From Macrostomum lignano (lineage: Eukaryota), in assembly GCA_002269645.1 (NCBI GenBank), contig NIVC01003883.1, positions 1 through 64,000 on the forward strand: a DNA stretch of 64,000 bases. Reading direction: 5' to 3'. Below, piece by piece: positions 40,437 to 49,338 of this stretch. Position 1 is the stretch's first letter. Each line of letters begins with the position of its first letter. Position numbers and translations under genes: made by a program. The notes beneath the pieces are model-generated. The model did no database searches, had not been told where the DNA came from, and saw only the letters and a program-made list of their open reading frames with translations.

Positions 40437-42609
40437 CGTGGCCATAGACACAAGCGGTGCAGGTCAGTAAAGAGAGAGGTGAGTCACGGTAAGCGTGGCC
40501 ATAGACACAAGCGGTGCAGGTCAGTAAAGAGAGAGGTGAGTTACGGTAAGCGTCGCCATAGACACAAGTGGTGCAGGTCAGTAAAGAGAGAGGTGAGTTA
40601 CGGTAAGCTTGGCCATAGACACAAGCGGTGCAGGTCAGTAAAGAGAGAGGTGAGTCACGGTAAGCGTGGCCATAGACACAAGCGGTGCAGGTCAGTAAAG
40701 AGAGAGGTGAGTTACGGTAAGCGTCGCCATAGACACAAGTGGTGCAGGTCAGTAAAGAGAGAGGTGAGTTACGGTAAGCTTGGCCATAGACACAAGCGGT
40801 GCAGGTCAGTAAAGAGAGAGGTGAGTCACGGTAAGCGTGGCTATAGACACAAGTGGTGCAGGTCAGTAAAGAGAGAGGTGAGTCACGGTAAGCTTGGCCA
40901 TAGACACAAGCGGTGCAGGTCAGTAAAGAGAGAGGTGAGTCACGGTAAGCGTGGCCATAGACACAAGCGGTGCAGGTCAGTAAAGAGAGATGAGTCACGG
41001 TAAGCGTGGCCATAGACACAAGCGGTGCAGGTCAGTAAAGAGAGATGAGTCACGGTAAGCGTGGCCATAGACACAAGAGGTGCAGGTCGGTAAAGAGAGA
41101 GGTGAGTCACGGTAAGCGTGGCCATAGACACAAGAGGTGCAGGTCGGTAAAGAGAGAGGTGAGTCACGGTAAGCGTGGCCATAGACACAAGCGGTGCAGG
41201 TCGGTAAAGAGAGAGGTGAGTCACGGTAAGCGTGGCCATAGACACAAGAGGTGCAGGTCGGTAAAGAGAGAGGTGAGTCACGGTAAGCGTGGCCATAGAC
41301 ACAATCGGTGCAGGTCGGTAAAGAGAGAGGTGAGTCACGGTAAGCGTGGCCATAGACACAAGAGGTGCAGGTCGGTAAAGAGAGAGGTGAGTCACGGTAA
41401 GCGTGGCTATAGACACAAGTGGTGCAGGTGAGTAAAGAGAGAGGTGAGTCACGGTAAGCGTGGCCATAGACACAAGCGGTGCAGGTCAGTAAAGAGAGAG
41501 GTGAGTCACTGTAAGCGTGGCCATAGACACAAGAGGTGCAGGTCGGTAAAGAGAGAGGTGAGTCACGGTAAGCGTGGCCATAGACACAAGAGGTGCAGGT
41601 CGGTAAAGAGAGAGGTGAGTTACGGTAAGCTTGGCCATAGACACAAGCGGTGCAGGTCAGTAAAGAGAGAGGTGAGTCACGGTAAGCGTGGCTATAGACA
41701 CAAGTGGTGCAGGTCAGTAAAGAGAGAGGTGAGTTACGGTAAGCTTGGCCATAGACACAAGCGGTGCAGGTCAGTAAAGAGAGAGGTGAGTCACGGTAAG
41801 CGTGGCCATAGACACAAGCGGTGCAGGTCAGTAAAGAGAGATGAGTCACGGTAAGCGTGGCCATAGACACAAGCGGTGCAGGTCAGTAAAGAGAGATGAG
41901 TCACGGTAAGCGTGGCCATAGACACAAGAGGTGCAGGTCGGTAAAGAGAGAGGTGAGTCACGGTAAGCGTGGCCATAGACACAAGCGGTGCAGGTCAGTA
42001 AAGAGAGAGGTGAGTCACTGTAAGCGTGGCCATAGACACAAGAGGTGCAGGTCGGTAAAGAGAGAGGTGAGTCACGGTAAGCGTGGCCATAGACACAAGA
42101 GGTGCAGGTCGGTAAAGAGAGAGGTGAGTCACGGTAAGCGTGGCCATAGACACAAGAGGTGCAGGTCGGTAAAGAGAGAGGTGAGTAACGGTAAGCGTGG
42201 CCATAGACACAAGAGGTGCAGGTCGGTAAAGAGAGAGGTGAGTCACGGTAAGCGTGGCCATAGACACAAGAGGTGCAGGTCGGTAAAGAGAGAGGTGAGT
42301 CACGGTAAGCGTGGCTATAGACACAAGTGGTGCATGTGAGTAAAGAGAGAGGTGAGTCACGGTAAGCGTGGCCATAGACACAAGAGGTGCAGGTGAGTAA
42401 AGAGAGAGGTGAGTCACGGTAAGCGTGGCTATAGACACAAGTGGTGCAGGTGAGTAAAGAGAGAGGTGAGTCACGGTAAGCGTGGCCATAGACACAAGCG
42501 GTGCAGGTCAGTAAAGAGAGAGGTGAGTCACTGTAAGCGTGGCCATAGACACAAGAGGTGAAGGTCGGTAAAGAGAGAGGTGAGTCACGGTAAGCGTGGC
42601 CATAGACAC
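40437..42609. repeat. 57-bp minisatellite, ~38 copies (some 55-bp variants)
   Basis: Unit GTCACGGTAAGCGTGGCCATAGACACAAGCGGTGCAGGTCAGTAAAGAGAGAGGTGA, matching the 19-aa periodicity in the ORF track. A 171-bp trimer is repeated at the left end. Confidence 0.98.
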
Positions 42610-43058
42610 TGAATGGAAAACTACTTACCTTAACTGCTTAGCTATTAGAAATCGATGATGAGAGGCAGTGCAGAGCAGTGATTAAACACTGATTCCGGAA
42701 ATGCTGTTAGCAATGTGGACACGGCAAACCCCAGACGTCAATGTTATAGCAAAGCTTATTTATGCCTGAGCTAAGTTGTGGAAAGTACAGAAACATCAAG
42801 ACAAAATCTAATTATTGCACACGTTTGTATGCGATGCAACTGGAAACAGTTTATATTCGGAATAATTTACCAAAGATTCGCCCCGCAGTGACCAAATTTT
42901 AATTCCAATAGTTAAAAAACTCATACGACTTCCAAAATCGAAGAAAAGCATACATGGTCCAACACAGCAGCTCTGAATTATCGCGATCTCACAAATCTCT
43001 GGAATCTCTGGCGGCTCATAAAGGGGGAGGCAAACGTTCAGTTTCTATGAAATCATTA

Positions 43059-44908
43059 TTAACAAGAGTCGCCCAGCGGCTCGACCAGCCGGATGACCAC
43101 CAGGCCGTGCTGGCCGGCGTTGCCGCCAGTGGTGCCGCTGCAGCCGCTGCCAGAGCAGAAGGAGCCGCCGCCACCTCCTGGAGGGCTCCCCGAGAAGCTG
43201 GTGGCGCCTCCGCTGAAGCCGCCGCCGGCCCCGGCAGCGCCCCAGTTGGGGATCGAAGTGCCGCCTCCTCCGCCGCCGCCGAACCCGCCGTCGCCGGTGT
43301 TGGAGCTGCCGGCGTCGCCGCCCAGCCAGCCTTCGGCCCGACTGCCGCCTCCGTCACCGTCGTCCGGTCCCCGCCTGGTGCACACCGGCTTCCCCAGCCA
43401 GCCGGCGCCGCAGCCAGCGAGGTTCTGGTTGCCGGTCATGGCGCTGGAGTTGTGGAAGCCCGGCTGTCCGTTGCTGCCGCCGTGGCTGTTTCCGCTCTGA
43501 TTCGCGACGGAGCCGTTGACGCCGGCCTCTCCGGGCAGGCCTGTTGAAATTTTGGATTCGGCTTTTACCAGCTGCGTAGCAGTCAATTCTGAGATAAGCT
43601 CAAGCTGAGTGTACTCAAAGTGGAGTCCGTTTGAAGTTGGTGTGTTGTCAGAAATCTGAAGCTGGTGCTGTGTTCCCTATAGACCTATGTAATTTTACTG
43701 CACTCACCGTCCCTATGGTAGGTCCCGGCACCTCCACCTCCGGCTGCAGCCAGCAGCAGCTCGTCTGCCGTCCGGTACACGAAGCTGCCGCCGCCTCCGC
43801 CGCCACCTGCGTACAAGCTGCTGGGCGGACCGCCGGCCTGTCCGACCACGACACTCAGCTGGGTGCCGGCCGTCAGGTTGAAGGCGCCGGACACGAAGGC
43901 GCCGCTGCCGCCAGCCTTGCCTGAAAAGGAGTTGGTGCCGCCTCTGGCACCCGACACTTCGATCCGGTAGCAGCCGGTCGAGGGGATCGTCACGGACTGG
44001 ATGGAGCCGGCTGTGCCCGTGCCGCTGTCTGCAGTGAGAGAGGACTCTATTCGCACTCAAGGTACGACACAGAATGGAAATACACCTGACCCACAGCAAG
44101 ACACACCAATCCAACTGCCGGTGGGCAGCCAACAGAACAGCCGCTGCAATTTCGATCTCTGTGTGCAGTTTGTTCTGTGAAGGCACTCTGGGGATCGGAA
44201 CCCTGCATTTCCTTCCTACCCATTCAGCTGCGTAGTAACTACGGCCAACTCAGCTTAACTTGCAGCTCTGGCAGTAAATGTGCTGACCCACTAGGCCAGC
44301 GAACTACAGTTACCTTAGCAAACATGGGCTTCTCCTCACTTCTCAGCTCAATGGTGACATTCAGCATCCTCTTCCTCATCAGCTCCGTGAAGTTCTCGGC
44401 CGTCCACAGCCTGGCGCCGGGCTCGGAGCCCACGAGTCTCTGCACGTGAGTCCCGTCCGGTCCCGGCGCCTGAGACGCGTCGTTCAGCAGCAGCAGCTGG
44501 CAGGCGCGCGAGCTGGGGATGAGCGAAGCCAGCAGGCAGCCCTTCCGCTGGCATGCTGCCAGACACTCCAGCCGGGTCTGGACGCCGGTCAGGTTGACGA
44601 GTTCGCTGCTGGAGGCGTTGCCGATCAGGACGGATCCCTTTGCTTTAATGAAGCGGCCGTTTTGGTGGAGCTGGGCGCCTGTTGGTTGAAGGAGATTCGG
44701 CTTTTTGCAACCTGTGGCTCCTCCACCACAGCGCGGTTTTTACGAGCTAACGGTGGTCTACCTCGAAAATGTTCAATTCTTAAAGTTTTACGGGTTTGGA
44801 AATCGACTTGACGCATTCACAGGGACTGCTTGTGCTTTGTGCAAGAGAAGTCTCACCTATCACAGTAGCCGTGCAGCCGAAGAGCAGCGCTAGGAAGGCA
44901 GATCGCAT
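43059..44908 (-). CDS. Secreted protein: signal peptide + PAN/Apple domain + ALK/LTK-like glycine-rich domain; exons 44908-44857, 44711-44314, (uncertain small exon ~44190-44091), 44028-43708, 43540-43059
   Basis: Exon 1 MRSAFLALLFGCTATVIG|gtgaga (phase 1) joins ccacag|GT in frame. Exon 2 contains VQTRLECLAACQRKGCLLASLIPSSRACQLL (PAN-type Cys pattern) and ends FAK|gtaact. The Gly-rich exons read GSIQSVTIPSTGCYRIEVSGARGG...GTQLSVVVGQAGG...GGGGGGSFV and GGFGGGGGGG...GAGGGFSGG...GGGGGSF...HGLVVI*. The junction G|gtgagt to caacag|GC is in phase. The phase-0 donor at 44314 does not match the phase-1 acceptor at 44028, so one small exon or an alternative acceptor remains unresolved. Confidence 0.8.
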
Positions 44909-46312
44909 TTCAAAATGCCTAGAATTTCTACTTTACAGTTCTTTTTTGTTTTAGACTTAAGCTCCTTTGTAAGTTTTCTTGAACTCAGCCTGCTCAGAGA
45001 TTTAAGCTTTCAGGCTGTGAGAAGGTGCTTGGATTGATGGTGTTTTGTTGCCCTGAAGACCGATGAATGGCTGAGGATGGCTGGGCCATTTTCATTGGCT
45101 AAGTTGGGGCCAATTCTTTTGATCAGGTAGCAGCGATGCGCAAATTTGCTTCTGTGTGTTGATTTTTCCGCAGCTCCGCAATGCCTCCGCTTGAGTGGCA
45201 CAAAAAGCGTTCTGCAACCTAAGCTGAGTTGTCAATCTCTGAGAAGCAGAATCTCTATCTTCTAATTTGGGGTCGATCCTGAATAGTGACCTGGCCTTTA
45301 TCATTCACAGGTGTTTACCGCACCCCTTTTAAACCAAGCAAGTTCGAGCTTAAGTTAGGAATCTCTGCCGCAAATCAAGGCGACAGTTGACGGCCCCATC
45401 AGCGAGGAAGCCGATTCCGCTGAGCCCTGAGCACCACACGCGCACATTCCCATGAAGGTTGGCCCTCGTGCGGGAGAATCGCACAAGCCTGAAGGCAAAC
45501 TTCTGTGCTATGAAAGCTATACTTCAGTAGCCTATGAGACTTCGGGTCTTGAAGTGGATTCTGCTGTCTTCCACGATTCTGAAACAAACATTGATTTGGC
45601 ATCATCTTGCACACCTATCGTAAGGTTCTGGGAAGCGATTTTGCAACACATTAGTCCTCAAGTTGGCACGAGTGTAAGACTGAATTTTTTCTCTTTCCGT
45701 AAATTCAGTCTGCACAAAGGATTACTGATGGACGAGGATTTATCAGCGCCATTACCATGGAGACTGCTCTAAGCACTCTGATAAGTTGACTTTATTCTGG
45801 ACTTGAGAGTCACCCTCGGTCGGTTAGAGATTCGACATGCAGTTGGAGAGGCATCTTGCAGACGCCTAAACCTCCTTGCTTGACGAGAAGACGGGCGCCT
45901 ACAAGAGTAGCTTCAGAGCTTTTCCTGGTCAGCATCCAGACACGTGTGCTGAAACAGCTTCTGTCCAGTTGGCTTCTCCTGAGTTTTGGTTAAAAGCTTC
46001 CCTGGATTCATTTTGCCCACTTCAGACTTGCCTAATGGAAGCACTGAGCTTTTAAATGCGCTGAGCAAGCCGCTGGGCCTTACTAAGTTCCTAGAAAAAA
46101 AATAATTGTAATATCTTGCTTTCTGGACTTCTAATGTACATGTATGTTTACATTAGGCTTTTTTATGTTGATTCGAAGGCTGCCTACTAGTTAATTTTTT
46201 TAAATGTAAGAGGCGAGACATAAGCAATTTTTTTTAATCTGACTTCTGGGAAACTGCTAGAATTAGGGACAGTGGGTGTTAAACTTAATAATTGTTGTTA
46301 AAGGGGCGCCAA

Positions 46313-46516
46313 GGGGGCCGTAGCCCAGCGGTAGCGCAGCTGCTCTGGTGTGCCAGCGACCCAGGCTCGATTCCAAGTGCAGTCATTAATTTGGGGCTGA
46401 ATTAGAATTTCGGCTTGGCTCTGCTCGTGCAATTAACGGCCTTGAGAGCCAACCCCCCAAGGCGCAGTGAAGTGTACATGCCTAACGATAAAATAAAGTT
46501 AGGGCCGCTGTACACT

Positions 46517-46567
<51 letters not shown>

Positions 46568-46660
46568 CTGCGTACGTATCCGCGCGCTTGTATGCCTGCT
46601 CAGGGGAGTCGGCGGAATGGGCAGTAATGCCTCTCGCTGGTTGTGTGCCATGTCGCTTAA
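46313..46660 (+). mobile_element. tRNA-derived SINE, 348 bp, with a 13-bp TSD
   Basis: Pol III A box TAGCCCAGCGG (46321-46331) and B box GGCTCGATTCC (46364-46374) in a tRNA-like head. Internal (TG)n tract. Flanked by identical AAAGGGGCGCCAA at 46300-46312 and 46661-46673. Confidence 0.75.
46519..46566. repeat. (TG)24 microsatellite inside the SINE
   Basis: Directly visible. Confidence 0.95.
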
Positions 46661-47067
46661 AAAGGGGCGCCAAATCAGTGGGCAGTAAAGTTTTGAGAGC
46701 CTATGTAGAACAATACATAACCCTTAAATTGCATCCGATGAGCTTATATGACGTAAAAATTCGCCTCCGAAGAGCTTTCATTTGAAAGTTATGTCTTCCT
46801 TTCGCATACTAGCTGCATGGTGTCAAGAAATTCTGGCCTTAGTATAGGCCATAGTGCTCAATGTTGACGCACTCTTAGGACCACTCAGAATACTCGTATT
46901 TTACTATAAGATGCAATAATAGTCGAAGTCGAAGACGATAGTTAATAGACAACGATTTTATGTTATATTTGCAGATATTTTCTGAACTTCTGAACTAAAT
47001 TCAAACAAAACGCAGCCAAACTTTATGGATTCAAAAGTTTAAGAGTTTGTTACGGAATTTTCACTTT

Positions 47068-47337
47068 GGGGCTTTTCATACGAGCGTATTACCAATTCCA
47101 GAATCAGAATCGGTTCGGATCTTCCAAGAAAAACAGCAGTATAACTATTTAATTCTGTTGAATGTTTGACTGCCTTAACAACCTCACTTTGCACAATTTT
47201 TCACTTTCTTCTTGGCGATTGTCATTCAATAATAAAAACTTTATAGCACGTATCTCCCTCTAGTTATGGAGACAAAAAGTTATACTTTACAAATTGGTTC
47301 TGGTTCTGGAACCAGAACAAGCAATATGAAAAGGCCC
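47068..47337. mobile_element. Possible degenerate MITE (~270 bp)
   Basis: Imperfect inverted termini: GGGGCTTTTCATA...TTCCAGAATCAGAATCGGTT versus the reverse complement of AATTGGTTCTGGTTCTGGAA...TATGAAAAGGCCC. No clear TSD. Confidence 0.3.
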
Positions 47338-48145
47338 TTTCTAAAAACTTAATAAACATATTAATTTCCTATAAAAATGTTCTATTGTGGTAGGCAAAGC
47401 CTCCCACTTGGCGTAAACTTACCCCCCCCCACTGTGTGTAATCTTTTCCACTTTGCGTACATGTAAATACTGTACGTCATGTTTTCCCTGCTTGAAAATC
47501 ACTTTTACTACCCAATGTAACCATGGGCACCACCTTCATATTATTTTCGTTTTAACTTAATTCAGTAGGGTACACCCGTTGTTTAATCGTCACCACCCGG
47601 CCGGGTGCAACCCCTCGATCTTTCCACTGCATGCGTGTGTAACCCTCTCCTCACCCGGGGGTAACTCCTTTCCCACCCGGTGGACTTTGCGCTCGCCCCG
47701 TCCTGGGCCAAGACTTGTGTTGAATTCAGCCGGCCTCCTCTTGGTTACTCGTGTTGAATTTATACCCTATTCGGGTTTCTGGAATAATACAACAGCTCAG
47801 AAATAAAAATACACAATACCAACAACTCAGCTAGCCCTTTTCTTTAAATTTCAATACCTCAGGCCCCTAATTGTAAGCCCGACTAACCCGAACCCGACCA
47901 GCTCCCTTCCCGACTACAAGCAATCATTTATTTTTGTTTGAATTAATTCTGTTTTTTAATTAAACCTCATCCGTTCAACACCTTCAGACGCGCAAACCTC
48001 GCAAGCGCGCTGCTGGTAAGCTGGATTCCTTAAGGCTCCGCGACCTCGGGATTGCATATTCTGATCCTTAGCGATCTGAACCAAGAAGAGTTCTCAGGCT
48101 AATTCTAGCTATTTTTTAAGTCTCCGGCAGCGATCTGCTAAAAGT

Positions 48146-48320
48146 TATGGGTATTTTGTTGTACTTTTTATTTGCAACTCAGTTTGTCATAAATTACCAT
48201 AGACTAATTTCCTTTTACAGTTCTTTCTCGCAGTTTAGTTTCTCGCCCCAAGCCCTCTCGTCTTTAACTCATAAAATATATATGCAATTCAAATCTAAGT
48301 TAAGTTGTAGTTTCACTACA
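48146..48320 (+). repeat. 5' LTR
   Basis: Identical to 52702-52876 by eye; ends ...CACTACA. Confidence 0.95.
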
Positions 48321-48398
48321 AATTGGTCCGGTGAGGCGGCGAAAGATATTACTCTTTACTCACATAACTCATACTCAATACTCACGAAGACAAATCCA

Positions 48399-49304
48399 AT
48401 GACGGACAGTGCAAGCAACAATTCCGCTCCTACACCGCCTACAACCACGCAAGCCGCACCAAGTTCGGCCGCACCAGTGGTTACACATGCAGTAGGAAAC
48501 GCCGCCGACACCGCTTCAGTCTCCCTGGCCCACCTGAAGCTGCCAATCTTCTATCGCAACAACCCGGAAGCATGGTTTCTCACGCTGGAGGCCCAGTTTA
48601 TGCTCAACAGGGTGACCAACGAGACCGCCAAATTTTACCACCTAGTCTCTCATCTACCGGAGGATATCGCGGCTCTGCACTTGTCCGCTCAGACTCCAAA
48701 ACAGTATGAACAACTGAAAACAGCGATTACATCGACTCTGCAAAAGTCCAAGCAGGAGAAGGTTTCGGAAGTATTGCAAGTCTCGGACCTCGGAGGAGAC
48801 AAGCCATCAATCTTCATGCGCAAACTCCGGAGCAAGATGGAGCAGTGCCAGATACAGCCCGACGAGGAACTCCTCAAGGCCACTCTGATGCGCTGTCTTC
48901 CACAGGACCTTCGTATCGCACTGTCGGGATTTCAACAGCAGTCATCCCAGCAAATTTCCGAGATTGCTGACTCGATGTTGGTCGTCAGAGGCCTTAGCTC
49001 TCCATCGCCAGCGACAGTTTGTCCAATTCAGCAGGCCGGTGCAGATAGGACACCCCAACAGCGCTTTGAGCAAGCTCCACACCGACAAGCACCTGGTAAG
49101 CCCACTGGAACAGACCCATTTAAGCCTGGCCAACGCCCCGTCGTTTGCCGCTCACACCTCTACTATGGCCGCCGTGCTCGGTCGTGTCGCCCGTGGTGCC
49201 AGTTTCCCAAGGACAGCTCGCGTCCGATCCGAGTGCTGCATCCCAATGAAAAAACGCCATCTCAGTCGCGTTCATCATCACCTTCTCGACAGCCGGAAAA
49301 CTAA
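48399..49304 (+). CDS. gag: Gag polyprotein of the Gypsy element (301 aa)
   Basis: [22 protein letters not shown]...[10 protein letters not shown]-terminal gag signature and C-terminal [19 protein letters not shown] knuckle-like motif. ATG 48399 is the first in-frame ATG downstream of the LTR. Confidence 0.9.
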   Translation: MTDSASNNSAPTPPTTTQAAPSSAAPVVTHAVGNAADTASVSLAHLKLPIFYRNNPEAWFLTLEAQFMLNRVTNETAKFYHLVSHLPEDIAALHLSAQTPKQYEQLKTAITSTLQKSKQEKVSEVLQVSDLGGDKPSIFMRKLRSKMEQCQIQPDEELLKATLMRCLPQDLRIALSGFQQQSSQQISEIADSMLVVRGLSSPSPATVCPIQQAGADRTPQQRFEQAPHRQAPGKPTGTDPFKPGQRPVVCRSHLYYGRRARSCRPWCQFPKDSSRPIRVLHPNEKTPSQSRSSSPSRQPEN

Positions 49305-49338
49305 GTCGCACTGCGACCGAGGTCGCGGTGCGCAGTGC
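49295..49338 (+). promoter_or_regulatory. Predicted -1 programmed ribosomal frameshift signal (gag-pol)
   Basis: G GAA AAC slippery-like heptamer just before the gag TAA, a 6-nt spacer, then a 10-bp stem GCACTGCGAC/GTCGCGGTGC with a CGAG loop. pol lies in the -1 frame and is open from this point. Confidence 0.7.

Noticed and set aside
40437-42609. SL RNA array (GTCACGGT resembles the start of the schistosome SL)
   Set aside because: Only an 8-nt match, with no ATG-terminated leader and no Sm site.
45300-46100. Patchy ORFs that might be a decayed transposase
   Set aside because: No recognisable motif could be assembled by eye.
46313-46384. Functional tRNA gene
   Set aside because: Acceptor and anticodon stems do not pair canonically and the B box is mismatched. 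It is better explained as a SINE head, given the TSD.
47386-47828. Possible solo LTR (TGT start, AATAAA near a CA end)
   Set aside because: No matching TSD and no second copy in the window.
48147-48398. N-terminal 84 aa of the 385-aa gag ORF
   Set aside because: Starts inside the LTR; open only by chance through LTR/leader sequence.
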